From a virus, in the IMG/VR virus record IMGVR_UViG_3300046463_000548, positions 64,001 through 128,000 of that record: a DNA stretch of 64,000 bases. The stretch is one strand, 5' to 3'. The notes below the pieces were generated by a model. It searched no databases. It saw only the letters and a program-made list of their open reading frames with translations, and was not told the origin of the DNA. Below are positions 17,103 to 27,500 of the stretch, one piece after another. The position numbers and the translations under genes were made by a program. How positions within the stretch are numbered: position 1 is the stretch's first letter; each line of letters begins with the position of its first letter.

Positions 17103-18950
17103 TTAACCTATCGAGCTACGTGACGGCTGGCCTGAATCGATCTGCTGCTGACGCTCTGAATAGAACACGTTGATAACCGGAGGCTGAGCCAGCGTGTTGT
17201 ACTGGATAGGCGTGTTAGCTATCGTTGTGGGCGTCGGTCCCGAAGGCGTCAGTGTCCCGTTGTCCGTGAACGTGTAGGTAGCTGCGGATGTTGCCGCAAC
17301 CGTCGTCAGAATCCCCAGACTTGCGCCCGGTGCACGTCCCCACACTGTGTACGACGCAGCGTCCATCACTGCGGGCCATGTCAGCGTGATTCCGTAGTCG
17401 GCGGTTGTCGAAACGACCTGAGGGAATACCCAGTTCGTTGGGGTTCCCGACTGCCCATTCGTCAGCGTCGTTGAAATCGCATAGCCGTACACCAGTTCAC
17501 CAAGCGATCCGCCACCTGGAACGAGCGTGTACGTGATTTGCGGGCTTGTTGGAGCCGTCACGATCATCGGCCCTGTCGGGGACAGCACCTCTACGTACGA
17601 AATCTGTCCGGGGCTCGATTTGAATGCTGCGCGCTCAAGATCGGATTCATAGAAGTTCGTCCGAAGCAGGCCGGGGCGTGGAGCAAACAGCTTTATGATC
17701 GCGTCCGTCACCTGCGTCTGCACCTGTTGCGGAAGCGCAGAGTTGAAGATGTAGACGTTCATCTGCACGGTGCGCGGGACCGCAATGGGCTCCTGCCACA
17801 GGAAATAGCATGAGTACATGCTCACAGCCTGACAGTAGTCCGTGAACTCCTTGATCTGCGCTTGTGACCATGGGCTGGTGGTGAGTCCCGACACGCGGAT
17901 CACGTTCATCCAGCGGTAGTCGCTCGGATTGATTTCGCGCTGCGCTTGTGTCACCGCATCAACGATTCCGGGAAACGTTGCGACGGTCGCGAGATACTGC
18001 GATTTTGTGACTGCTGACTGATACGTGCCGAACCCGCCTGATGCCACGTTTTTGTACGCGAGAGTCGGATTCTGGTTCGATCCGCCTTGCGGATTGTCAG
18101 TCATCACGCCATAGATCAACGGGAATCCGGTGACCGTGACTTGTGTGCCCGATGTCGTCAGCGAGTTGCCGTTTGCACCATGAGTCACCGGGTACGTGAT
18201 AACGACCGTGTCCGAGACTTGCGGAATCGAGCCGAACGCTTGCAACGTGCCGAACTGCGCAGACGTTCCGCCCAGGTTGCCGAACTGCAGGAGCAAACGC
18301 CCATCGCTTGTCGTAATGTCCGCGTATCCAGGAAGTCCATCGAAGTTCCACAGACCGCCATACGATTTCGGGATAATCGTGCTGTTGATCTGAACAGTCA
18401 CGTCCTGATCAGAGACCACAAACGCATCCTGCGAGCCCACAAACGTCTGGCGCTCGGTGCCCAGGCCGTTCATCTGGTAAGAGTACAGTTGCCCCTCATA
18501 CAGCGTCACAGCCAGCGGAATATTCGCTTTGAAGGTCAGCGCGTCACGGTTGAAGAAGTAGTTACCAGCGGCTGAGAATTGCGTGTAGGGCGGAAGCGTG
18601 ACATCGACCGGACTCGTGATCGACGCGGGAGCCTGAGCGGGCAGACAGCGAGCAATACGCAGGCCCTGCATTTGCGTGATTGACAGGATCGCTGAATCTG
18701 ACTGTGCGGTTTCAGCGAATGCGTCCTCCGCTTCGCGGATCACACGGCCTTGTGCAAATGTGCCGACAGTCGAAACCAGTTCGATTAGCGTCTGCGAGGT
18801 CTGCGTCGTGAGGTTACCGACCCAAACAGGTTTCTGTTGCAAATAGGCTTGAAACTGCTGCACGAATTGATCGACATCGGCAGTCAGGTCGCTCAGTACA
18901 AGCGTTACTGCTGGCGTCGATGTGGTGCTTGAGGTAGCGGGCGTAGACAT
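17103..18950 (-). CDS. baseplate wedge subunit (T4 gp6/gpJ-like)
   Basis: AF.ETAQSDSAI, YPVTHGANGN, GGS.., SAVTKSQY motifs. Confidence 0.85.
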   Translation of the reverse strand: MSTPATSSTTSTPAVTLVLSDLTADVDQFVQQFQAYLQQKPVWVGNLTTQTSQTLIELVSTVGTFAQGRVIREAEDAFAETAQSDSAILSITQMQGLRIARCLPAQAPASITSPVDVTLPPYTQFSAAGNYFFNRDALTFKANIPLAVTLYEGQLYSYQMNGLGTERQTFVGSQDAFVVSDQDVTVQINSTIIPKSYGGLWNFDGLPGYADITTSDGRLLLQFGNLGGTSAQFGTLQAFGSIPQVSDTVVITYPVTHGANGNSLTTSGTQVTVTGFPLIYGVMTDNPQGGSNQNPTLAYKNVASGGFGTYQSAVTKSQYLATVATFPGIVDAVTQAQREINPSDYRWMNVIRVSGLTTSPWSQAQIKEFTDYCQAVSMYSCYFLWQEPIAVPRTVQMNVYIFNSALPQQVQTQVTDAIIKLFAPRPGLLRTNFYESDLERAAFKSSPGQISYVEVLSPTGPMIVTAPTSPQITYTLVPGGGSLGELVYGYAISTTLTNGQSGTPTNWVFPQVVSTTADYGITLTWPAVMDAASYTVWGRAPGASLGILTTVAATSAATYTFTDNGTLTPSGPTPTTIANTPIQYNTLAQPPVINVFYSERQQQIDSGQPSRSSIG

Positions 18951-18960
18951 GAATTAAGCC

Positions 18961-19392
18961 TTACGTATTTGTTGTACTCACACTGAAACTGACGGCGGAA
19001 GGCTGTAGATTCAGATTGATGGTGAATGCGATACGCACCTGATACCCCGGTAGCGTCATATCAGGCGTCACATACGAGTTTGAGTTATCGAGCGTGATGC
19101 GTGGCTCCCACCGCTGTAGAGCCTGGATCATCGCCACGTTCATTTTGTTCGCGGTTGATTGATCAATGGGCTCTTGCAGGAACTGGTACCAGAGCGAGCC
19201 ATACAGGGGCTGAAAGATTCGGGAGCGTGCGCCAATCGCACAGTTGCAGATGTTGTAAATTGAGTTCTGCACAGCCAGAACGTTGGGCAGTCGGTCGGGG
19301 GCCGCATTCAGCGTGACAAGACTATTTACGTCGATCCACGTTGCCCCGTTCAGTGAGATTTGGTAATTCGTTAGTTGTGCCATAGCTATCAA
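18961..19392 (-). CDS. gp25/GPW-like baseplate (sheath initiator) protein
   Basis: G.R..IFQPLYGS..FLQEPID...LQRWEPRI. Confidence 0.88.
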   Translation of the reverse strand: MIAMAQLTNYQISLNGATWIDVNSLVTLNAAPDRLPNVLAVQNSIYNICNCAIGARSRIFQPLYGSLWYQFLQEPIDQSTANKMNVAMIQALQRWEPRITLDNSNSYVTPDMTLPGYQVRIAFTINLNLQPSAVSFSVSTTNT

Positions 19393-20174
19393 ATCTGCGG
19401 GGTAGGTGTGTTGGTATTTCGCTGCGACCCATCATCGTCATACACGTGGAAATGCTCGTTGTAGAACGTGCGCATGTTCGCCATCGTTTGGCCATTGCCG
19501 GTGCTCGTGCTGTCCGTGATGTCGCCGCCAGCCGAAATCGTTGTGCTTGCGACGACTGGGCCATTGAACTGGTGGACAGATGCTGTATACGACGCGGGGC
19601 CTGACGCGTTCAGGTTGAACGCTGAACAATTGATGTTCGCGGTACCCGTCACCTGGAACTGCAGATTCCCTGCAACCTGATGCGTTTCGGTGGCTTTCAC
19701 CACCTGAACAACGTTGCCCGCTTGATCGTAGGAAATCGTGTCGCCTGACTGATGGGTCCACACCCACGTACCGGCTGACATATCGACTTGCAGCGAATTG
19801 CCTTGCGGATCGACAAAGCCCCATCGTGTGGGTACGTTGAACCATGGGTGCGCGTTAGGCTGCGTGTAGAGCGTCTGATACAGAGGCTTGTGCTCATCCC
19901 CGTTCTGAAGCTCTACCATGACCGTAGACCCCACCTGAGGAAAGCCGTAGACCCCATAGGGGCCCTTCGGGCCTGTACCGAAACCAAAGGGGGAATCCTT
20001 GATTGCGCCGATCCACGGAACAGCGCCCTGCGTCGGATCGAACAGGCCGGGTACCGTTGCCTGGACCCTGGCGATGCCCAGTGAGTCCGTGTTCACAGAT
20101 ACCGTGCCAGCGTAATAGCCTTGCCCGTAGTCTTCTTTGTGTTGAACAGCATCGTTGATTGTGTTGAGCGGCAT
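19389..20174 (-). CDS. baseplate central spike (gp5/gpV-like)
   Basis: OB-fold RVQA.VP...PQVGS.V.V...GD..KP; beta-helix; C-terminal HxH metal site (EHFH). Confidence 0.88.
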   Translation of the reverse strand: MPLNTINDAVQHKEDYGQGYYAGTVSVNTDSLGIARVQATVPGLFDPTQGAVPWIGAIKDSPFGFGTGPKGPYGVYGFPQVGSTVMVELQNGDEHKPLYQTLYTQPNAHPWFNVPTRWGFVDPQGNSLQVDMSAGTWVWTHQSGDTISYDQAGNVVQVVKATETHQVAGNLQFQVTGTANINCSAFNLNASGPASYTASVHQFNGPVVASTTISAGGDITDSTSTGNGQTMANMRTFYNEHFHVYDDDGSQRNTNTPTPQI

Positions 20175-20177
20175 AAA

Positions 20178-21299
20178 TCACCCTGACGTATAAGGAGTAT
20201 TCACACCCTGGCGAACACCCAAAATCTTTTCTGCGTATTGCGCACCCGCCACCAGAAGCGAACGGCCGCCCACGATGTACGTACCTGAGTACGCTATGTC
20301 CTGCTTGTTGACATCTGAGTCCACGGCAAACGTGAACGTATCGAGAAGCTTGAATGTCGTAGGCGTCTGGATCAGAAATTCGACATCAAGCGAATACAGA
20401 TTCGCGATGCGCATGTTCTGGTAAATCGCGCTCTCATAGTTCGCATGCGTGTTGCCTACGTCGATGCCGCCGAACGACTGATATCCTCTCGCGACAGTCT
20501 GCTTAACCGTTGAGTTGAAGAGGGGGCTTGAAACGTCTGGAGAGAAGGTGACCTGTTCGTTCGCTATGCTAAGGTTCGCCCCCACCATAGACTGCGCGTA
20601 CCGGGTGTTCTGATAGCCGGTCATCTTGTTTGCGATACCGGATTTCGCTTTCGGGTTGTAATCGGCCGCTGTGTACGCGCCTGATTGATACTCGCCAAGA
20701 ATGACTGTCTGCGTAGGTGCCGGGAGCTTCGTCACGTCCCGATAGACCATCGAGCCATCGGGATTAACTCCTAGCTCCATGTACGACGTTGCCGACGCAT
20801 AGCCACGACGCTTTATGATGTTGGCGAACTCGCCGTACGTACGGTTTCGAGGCATCCACAACTGGGCGTCGTTCGTTGAGTCTCCAGAGAACGTCATTCC
20901 GCATTTGCTTGCGATCTGCTGGAGCGCCGCACTCGACGTGCCCTGAATTCCACCTATCGACGTGCCTGCCCAATACAGGGGGAAGTCCAGATAGCCGTCC
21001 ACCTCATAGGTGAAGCCGTTACCGTTAAAATCCTTCGTGTGGTGAAACTTCCGGAAGTTGTAGGTAACGGTAGGAGATGCGAGCGGTTTCAGCGTAATCC
21101 GGATCGGTATGCCGTCCTGAAGCTCAAGCTGATCGAGCGAGTGCAAACCATCGAAGATGGAGAAGTGACAGAGCGGCAGGATTCCACGCGTCCACCAACT
21201 GATCTTGAGGAAGTTGAGCGTGTTGATAGATTCGAGCGGAAATTCCTGATTGTTTATGAACAGCGATACTTCAATTTTCCCCTCAACAACGTATCCCAT
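20178..21299 (-). CDS. baseplate hub protein (gp27/gpD-like)
   Basis: Position upstream of spike; size and L.QIA.KCGM motif. Confidence 0.65.
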   Translation of the reverse strand: MGYVVEGKIEVSLFINNQEFPLESINTLNFLKISWWTRGILPLCHFSIFDGLHSLDQLELQDGIPIRITLKPLASPTVTYNFRKFHHTKDFNGNGFTYEVDGYLDFPLYWAGTSIGGIQGTSSAALQQIASKCGMTFSGDSTNDAQLWMPRNRTYGEFANIIKRRGYASATSYMELGVNPDGSMVYRDVTKLPAPTQTVILGEYQSGAYTAADYNPKAKSGIANKMTGYQNTRYAQSMVGANLSIANEQVTFSPDVSSPLFNSTVKQTVARGYQSFGGIDVGNTHANYESAIYQNMRIANLYSLDVEFLIQTPTTFKLLDTFTFAVDSDVNKQDIAYSGTYIVGGRSLLVAGAQYAEKILGVRQGVNTPYTSG

Positions 21300-21306
21300 T
21301 TGTACC

Positions 21307-21657
21307 TCAGATCGTTACCGACGCCTGCTGAGTGGACTTCTGCTTACTCAGGTATGCGAGCAGCGCGCTCTTCGTCGGTATGTTCAAAACAATGCCAATC
21401 GCTATATCTGAAAGCGGATCGGAATAGCCGTTGTATGCGAGCAGGCCACGCCATAGCGAGGTATCACCAAAGAACCGATAGCTGAGACCCGGCAGGTTTG
21501 CCATATCCGTTGCAGTCAGTTGGTACTGCGTCTGCGGCTGCACGTTGAACCGTATGTTTTTGTACGCGGACCGAAAAATGTCGTAGTTTTGTCCGGTTGA
21601 ATCCAATGGCGTGTAATTCGACCAGTTGAAGTCCCCGGTGTAGCCGATAAAAGGCAT
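21307..21657 (-). CDS. LysM-like baseplate wedge protein (gp53/gpX-like)
   Basis: LSYRFFGDTSLWRGLLAYNG..DP...G.VL.IP. Confidence 0.8.
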   Translation of the reverse strand: MPFIGYTGDFNWSNYTPLDSTGQNYDIFRSAYKNIRFNVQPQTQYQLTATDMANLPGLSYRFFGDTSLWRGLLAYNGYSDPLSDIAIGIVLNIPTKSALLAYLSKQKSTQQASVTI

Positions 21658-21668
21658 GAGTCACCCCA

Positions 21669-22628
21669 TCAAAGACTGAATGTGTATGCCGAATTTCCCG
21701 ACACACCGAACGAGTTGGACTGCGGAACGCCAGAGCCGGAAGGCAGCGAGAACTGCGAAGCTGATGCCGTAGCTGGAGTTGAGTTCGCGCCGGGATTGAC
21801 AAACAACGACTCCAAGTCGCCCTGTGTCAGCATGAACAGAGGCTTGAACGTGACTGTTACGCGTGCATGGTGTGGAAGCCCAGTCTTTGCGTCGAAGTTC
21901 GACAGGAACGTCTGACGCACGCCAGTGACAACCACCGAATCGAACTTTAGATAGTTGCCAATCCAGATCGTGATCGGATTCTTGACCAGCGATTTCCAGT
22001 AGGCGGCAGAGCCGATGCCAGGATTCTGCGTGATCGACTGTACCGCTGCACTGTTCGATCCGTCCGTTGTCTGCGTGTTCGGGTCCGTCATCTGACCGGA
22101 CTGTGTGCCGACCCCCAACTGACTAGCGGCACCACCCGCAAGGTTTGAGGCACCTTGAAAGAGCGCACCCAGTACGGAAGAGCCGGATGAAAAAGCGGTC
22201 TGCAGAGTGGTGATCGCAGCAGAGCCCGCAGCCGCCCAATCGATGTAGGGCCCGGGACTCGACAGGAAACCAGTGGCCGAACTAACCGAGGGCATCACCA
22301 TCTTCAACAGATTCACGATGTTATTGCGCACATCGGCTACAGGATCGGACTCTGTGTGGAATTCAATCTCAACAGCGAGTTCGGTATCGGTTGACCCCGA
22401 CCAAAGCTGTGCGGTAAATGCCTGCACCGCAAGCTTGGTTCCCATTAGAGCCGCACCGATGTTGATTACCTTATTGTTGCTCAGGCCCTGAGGCAGCATC
22501 TGCTCATATGTCGCGCCCACATCCATTGCAAATGATTCAGGCATTGGTGCTTCGACAGTGAGCGTGCTCGACCCAGAATTGTTAGACAGCGTCTGCTGTA
22601 TAAGCACAACGTAACTCGTATTAGCCAT
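21669..22628 (-). CDS. tail tube initiator-like baseplate protein
   Basis: I.IGNYLKF..VVVT.V...A.VTVTF tube-fold pattern; context. Confidence 0.6.
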   Translation of the reverse strand: MANTSYVVLIQQTLSNNSGSSTLTVEAPMPESFAMDVGATYEQMLPQGLSNNKVINIGAALMGTKLAVQAFTAQLWSGSTDTELAVEIEFHTESDPVADVRNNIVNLLKMVMPSVSSATGFLSSPGPYIDWAAAGSAAITTLQTAFSSGSSVLGALFQGASNLAGGAASQLGVGTQSGQMTDPNTQTTDGSNSAAVQSITQNPGIGSAAYWKSLVKNPITIWIGNYLKFDSVVVTGVRQTFLSNFDAKTGLPHHARVTVTFKPLFMLTQGDLESLFVNPGANSTPATASASQFSLPSGSGVPQSNSFGVSGNSAYTFSL

Positions 22629-22635
22629 AGCTATC

Positions 22636-24069
22636 TCACGTATTTACTGCGATCATTTCGCCGTTCTTTCCGGTCAAGATCGTCTTGCTTCCTGATGGCT
22701 GAGGCAGCAAGCCACCCGCGCCTGGCTGCGACTGAGCGACCTTCGAGGGGGTTGTTGCTGCGTTTGATATCGTGGTTCCGGGCTGCACCGAAACACCAGA
22801 GTCAGCTACCCTTGTGGGATTCGCGTTGGTAGCTAGCAACGCAATGACTTCGCGTGCGCGGTTGCCGACCTGTGTGAACCACGCGCTCGAAGTCAGCGAT
22901 TGAACCGCGCCTTCGATGTTGAACATCTGCATGAACTTGGTGAACTGCGGCCAGCGCTTCCACCACGACGCACCCATGTTGTACGTAAGGTCGATCATTG
23001 CCCCCTGACCCTTGGGATTCAGCCGGTCGAAGTTTGGAATCTGCATTGCGGCTTTCTTGTGAGACTCGAAGTCCTTATCGAACAGAGCCATCACTTCCTG
23101 CATGCTGAATTCGCGGTTCCACTCCGGGGGTAGCGATCTGCCGTCACCGATCAGGTGACCTACCCCGACGGTCCACAGTCCGCGTGAGTCCTTATAGGGC
23201 TTCGTCTTCACACCCTCGTGACGCATGATCATCTTTTTAGTGTCTGCGTCACTGCCGGACAAATTGGTTGCTACTGCGTCACCTGCTGCGTGCGGTGCTT
23301 CGGCAACAATCGCTTTACCGCTATCTGCGACGGTTGGTGTGGACGTTGGTGTGGACGTTACCGGCGATGAAGGGGCGATAAACGATGCGCCGTGATCGGC
23401 AGCAGTCTGCGCATCGGGAACATCAGACAGCGCAGCTTCGTTTGCGAGGCTCGAAGAAACAGTGTCTGTTGGCGCTGATTCAGTAGACGAGCCCTTGAAG
23501 AACTTGTCGTAGACGTACCAGGCCAAGGCCGCCACACCGCCAGCAATGGCGATGAAAGGCCACAGTTCCGGATTGACCCCTATGAACTCAAGAACGCCCA
23601 TGAAGATAGGGCGGATCAGCCATTCGAGGACACCGCGAATTGCGTAACGTACAACTGTTTTAACGACATCCCAAATGGCTTCTAGCGCGAAGCGCATGAT
23701 GCGCTTTATAACGGTTTTGAGCACCTTCTTGATCGTGCTCTCAACTAGGCGTTTGATCAATTTCTTGCCCAGACTCTTGAAGAAGTCCGCGCGTTCTCGC
23801 CTCTTAACTTCTGCAAGGATGTCTACAGACTCAAGCATCGCTTTCACGATGTCGTCTTTGTCAGCGTCCGTCAGTTTCGATGAGTGATACTCGCCCAACG
23901 CTTCGAACGTCCATTCAACAGTCGGCGTGTTCTGCGCGTTGGGCACGACCATGATGTCCAGCAGATCGTCCAGAGGCATTTCACCAAGAGATGCCATGAC
24001 CCGCTCTTCATCAACGTCGTCCGATTCCTTGAGGGGAACCAGCGACGCGGCATCCATTAGTGTTTGCAT
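22636..24069 (-). CDS. tail-associated lysozyme (GH24) with N-terminal helical/TM region
   Basis: HEG....YKDSRGLWTVGVGH (E-x8-D-x5-T catalytic triad); DLTYNMG; WFTQV..RA. Confidence 0.85.
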   Translation of the reverse strand: MQTLMDAASLVPLKESDDVDEERVMASLGEMPLDDLLDIMVVPNAQNTPTVEWTFEALGEYHSSKLTDADKDDIVKAMLESVDILAEVKRRERADFFKSLGKKLIKRLVESTIKKVLKTVIKRIMRFALEAIWDVVKTVVRYAIRGVLEWLIRPIFMGVLEFIGVNPELWPFIAIAGGVAALAWYVYDKFFKGSSTESAPTDTVSSSLANEAALSDVPDAQTAADHGASFIAPSSPVTSTPTSTPTVADSGKAIVAEAPHAAGDAVATNLSGSDADTKKMIMRHEGVKTKPYKDSRGLWTVGVGHLIGDGRSLPPEWNREFSMQEVMALFDKDFESHKKAAMQIPNFDRLNPKGQGAMIDLTYNMGASWWKRWPQFTKFMQMFNIEGAVQSLTSSAWFTQVGNRAREVIALLATNANPTRVADSGVSVQPGTTISNAATTPSKVAQSQPGAGGLLPQPSGSKTILTGKNGEMIAVNT

Positions 24070-24071
24070 TG

Positions 24072-25958
24072 CTAACCTGTGAAGTACGGTGTGTTCATCA
24101 TCATCAGAGAGTCATCGGTACCCGTATGGAAGTTGAACGTTGACATGCCAATCTGAGGACCTCCCTTGGAGGGGCGGTTATCTCCGGTACCCGCTGACGC
24201 GGCCATACCTGCGGCAACCCCTGTGTTAGGGACCGCAACACCAGCCGCCATAGACGCGGACTGAGCGGGCGCTGAGGTCGTTGATGTCGTGTTGCTGATT
24301 GAGGTAGGACCCGATACGCTTGAGCGATTTCCACCAATCGTCGTTGTCGAACCCCCAACGTTCACTGAAGACTCGCCTGGGTTCGTGGTGGTGCCACCGA
24401 CCGAAGTTGTGGAGCCCTCAAGATTCACCTTGTCCGCACCAACAGTAATTCCCAGCTTGTTTGCAACCCACGACTGCCAACTTTGATTCCCCGTTTCCCC
24501 TTGCGGTTTAGCTGACGCAACGCTCGCATTGGGATTGTGGTCCCTGTTAGCTGCGTCCATCTTCGCCATTTCCGCCTTTTGTTCCGGCGTCAGGTTGTTG
24601 ATGTCTGCATGGCCCGCCTTAGGTCCCGTAAGTTTCGCTGCCGGACCATTGCGTGATGCGTCAACGTCCTTCTGAGTTACCGTATCCGACTTTGGATGCA
24701 GCTTTTCGAGCACCCAATCGAGCACCTCATGCGCCTGTTTCCCGACCCAATCCCACGCTTCACCGACCGCCTTTTTCAGGTTGTCCCACGTTGCGTACTT
24801 GGTGATCAGGTCACCGATTGTCTTAAACAGTTGCGGATTCGTTGCCATCAGGAGCAGAGCGGAGCCCAAGGTTTTTAGCCAGCCCCAGCCCTCGTCGTCA
24901 TCCTTTTTCTTCTTGCCCTTCGATGGATCACCGACAATCGACTTGTACGAATTCCAGAACGTGTCCGCTCTGTTCTCGTCCTCTTCCTTCTGGTCTACGG
25001 TTGACTCGTCATCCTTTTGCAGGAAGTCCATCAGCTTCTGGTAAAGCGATGTCTGGTCGGTTGCGGCCTTCGTGATCGCCTGTTCTGCGGCCGAACTCAG
25101 CGATATTGAGGTTGAAGCAACGGACGACTTCGCGTGAGGTTCCATACCTCCGGTCTGATCCGTCAACGCCCTATGTTCAGCGGGACGCACAAGCTGCATC
25201 GCGTTGTCTACAATCGTGTGAGGCTCTACGTCCGTCACAGCGTGTGGGACACCACGACGCATAGGCATCAGGTTCGTGCCGTCAGCATCCAGGATTTCCT
25301 GATGGCCTGGGGCGGGCAACGCTAGCTGACCGCCGTGCGCGGCCTTCCCACGTGAGGCTGCGCGTTCCTTGTTGATCTGTTCCGCAAGATCGCGAAGCGT
25401 CGTCTTGAACACGTCGGCAATCTTTTCGATCAGCGACGTTTCGCGAGTCTGCCAGCGATTCGCATCAGCTTCGAGCAGCGACTCTTCCAGCAAGTCGTTC
25501 GCAGCAAGTAAATCGCTAGTCGAAGGAAGATCAGTCGGCAGCGCCTCGTGCACACCTGTGAAGCCGGTGTTCATCGTCTTCGTCAAATCCTCGTTGGATT
25601 CGAGGGCAGACAGTTCGATGAATTCCTTGATCGTTCCGACTATGTTCGGCTCGATTGTCTGGAGTGCTGCGTTAAGCGCTTTCTCATAGGCCGTCAGGTT
25701 GTCTGCGTTGTCTGCGCGGATACCCTGTTCCAACTGTGCGTACGACGCTTCGAATTTCTTCGCCTGCACTTCGGATGCGGAGATTGCCTGTGCGAATGTG
25801 GTTGCTGCGAGAGACGAAAGACCGTTCAGGACCGAAGAGACTCGCGAGAAGTCTGCGGTGGATGCTCGACCCTGAACGATGTTGTTGAGTGACGAGCCTG
25901 CGCTGTTTTGCAGGCTCTGCCATTTCTTTGATGCCTGATCACTATTGAACCCAGCCAT
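24072..25958 (-). CDS. putative tape measure protein
   Basis: Long Ala-rich helical protein with spaced Trp and a hydrophobic segment, between chaperone-like and lysozyme genes. Confidence 0.55.
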   Translation of the reverse strand: MAGFNSDQASKKWQSLQNSAGSSLNNIVQGRASTADFSRVSSVLNGLSSLAATTFAQAISASEVQAKKFEASYAQLEQGIRADNADNLTAYEKALNAALQTIEPNIVGTIKEFIELSALESNEDLTKTMNTGFTGVHEALPTDLPSTSDLLAANDLLEESLLEADANRWQTRETSLIEKIADVFKTTLRDLAEQINKERAASRGKAAHGGQLALPAPGHQEILDADGTNLMPMRRGVPHAVTDVEPHTIVDNAMQLVRPAEHRALTDQTGGMEPHAKSSVASTSISLSSAAEQAITKAATDQTSLYQKLMDFLQKDDESTVDQKEEDENRADTFWNSYKSIVGDPSKGKKKKDDDEGWGWLKTLGSALLLMATNPQLFKTIGDLITKYATWDNLKKAVGEAWDWVGKQAHEVLDWVLEKLHPKSDTVTQKDVDASRNGPAAKLTGPKAGHADINNLTPEQKAEMAKMDAANRDHNPNASVASAKPQGETGNQSWQSWVANKLGITVGADKVNLEGSTTSVGGTTTNPGESSVNVGGSTTTIGGNRSSVSGPTSISNTTSTTSAPAQSASMAAGVAVPNTGVAAGMAASAGTGDNRPSKGGPQIGMSTFNFHTGTDDSLMMMNTPYFTG

Positions 25959-25961
25959 CTT

Positions 25962-26114
25962 TTACCCCACGTACTGTTTTCCTTCCTGTGCCGCTTTGAT
26001 ACGGTCATCCCGCCGCGCCTGTGCAGCATCGGAAAACTGCTGGAATTGATAGATAGGGGTGTCCTCGCTGATCTGAACGTGGTATTCGCTCAGAATCAGC
26101 AGATGCCTATCCAT
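25962..26114 (-). CDS. small tail-assembly protein (own ATG at 26114, or frameshift extension of upstream gene)
   Basis: AAGGA upstream of ATG; frame is open back to 26159. Confidence 0.55.
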   Translation of the reverse strand: MDRHLLILSEYHVQISEDTPIYQFQQFSDAAQARRDDRIKAAQEGKQYVG

Positions 26115-26127
26115 CACTTCCTTGGCG

Positions 26128-27471
26128 CTAGTTAGCGGGAAAGAAGCTGTGGGCAGCAAGCGAAAGCTTACTTTCGCTCATTGCACCACACCCCTTGCAC
26201 TGGATTTTTACGGTTTGATCTACGCCATAGTTACGAACTGCTTTGTCGTAGTCCTTAATTAGCTGCACCTGATCAGGAGTCGCGTTCTCAACGATGGCCA
26301 CACGCTGATCCAACGTCAGATGAAGCTCCTGATGTTGGATGTGCGTAGCCAACTGCGCGAGGAACGAAAACTCAGCACGCTGATCCGGGTCCTGCATCTT
26401 CGGATGCTCTGCGAATTCGATTACATCGCGCATCGTCGGCGGACGAAACACCATGGTCGATGCGTCGCTGAAGTGATAAATCTCCGGGTCAGGAATCGTT
26501 TCGAGTTCGGTGACTTTGACTGACGCGTTGGTGATGACTTGCGAAATCTCCAGCGACGATTCAGGAAGAACTGCCGCTTCGATTTCCGCGTAGTGCTCGT
26601 CCGTCATCTGGCCCGCGCGCACCATCGCCTGGAAGTCGATCAAGCGCAGACCATTCTCTACGCGACGTGTATGCTCCGGGTTCTTGCATCTCGTGGTGTG
26701 CACGAAATTCGATTTCGTGAATGAGTTCTGACGCAGCCAGAACAGCACGAAGTAGAAATCAGGTAGCGTCAGTTCGAACGCGAGAGGCACGCCATTCCAT
26801 GCCGGATCACTCGTGTACAGAACAGAAGACACAGCCTCAACTACAGGCTGCAGCGACTGCTCGCGATGCGCCTTCTGGAGCTTGGCTATATGCTTGGCGA
26901 GAAACGGCTTTGCATAGAGGTCCTTGAACCCGTAAAAGGCGAAATGCGAGGGCAGACCCAGCGAGAATGAGGAACCATCCGCGACCGGTGTCTGAAACCC
27001 GGGCATGGGATTGCCCACTTGATTTTGTGTATCCGGCGCGGTCTCGTGCTGTTGCATGGACTGATGGACCCACGAGAAATCATCGGCCGCTGGTACCTGC
27101 GGTTGCACAGCCTGAGCAATCGGCCGTTGCTGCGTTTGCGGGGGCCGTGATTGAGCCTGTTGCTTGGCCTGCGGAGGAACGCGGTGCTGAACCATCGGAG
27201 ACGGCTGCGGTTGAGCAGCCGGTGCTGCATGCGTTTGCGTTTGAGCCAGAGCCATCTGGTCCAAGCTCTGCGCGTGCATTGCAATGCCAGGACGCTGCGG
27301 CTGCTGTACACGGGGACCTTGGTCCTCAGTCGGCACCATCATCGGAACGCCCGGGAGCTTGATCGGCTTCGGAAAATGCGCGACGCTTTTCATGCGGTCC
27401 TGTTGGGCGCGTGCCAGTGCATCCTTTTTGTCCTGCGTAAATGGCATGAATTCTGTCTTCTTTTCAGACAC
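26128..27471 (-). CDS. T4 gp26-like baseplate hub/tail assembly chaperone with Q/P-rich N-terminus
   Basis: LPS...Y; LT.PDFYF.LFWLR.NSF; FRPPTMRD; C-terminal CKGCG...FFP. Confidence 0.7.
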   Translation of the reverse strand: MSEKKTEFMPFTQDKKDALARAQQDRMKSVAHFPKPIKLPGVPMMVPTEDQGPRVQQPQRPGIAMHAQSLDQMALAQTQTHAAPAAQPQPSPMVQHRVPPQAKQQAQSRPPQTQQRPIAQAVQPQVPAADDFSWVHQSMQQHETAPDTQNQVGNPMPGFQTPVADGSSFSLGLPSHFAFYGFKDLYAKPFLAKHIAKLQKAHREQSLQPVVEAVSSVLYTSDPAWNGVPLAFELTLPDFYFVLFWLRQNSFTKSNFVHTTRCKNPEHTRRVENGLRLIDFQAMVRAGQMTDEHYAEIEAAVLPESSLEISQVITNASVKVTELETIPDPEIYHFSDASTMVFRPPTMRDVIEFAEHPKMQDPDQRAEFSFLAQLATHIQHQELHLTLDQRVAIVENATPDQVQLIKDYDKAVRNYGVDQTVKIQCKGCGAMSESKLSLAAHSFFPAN

Positions 27472-27500
27472 GTTGTTAACTCCGGTTTATGAGCAAGAAT

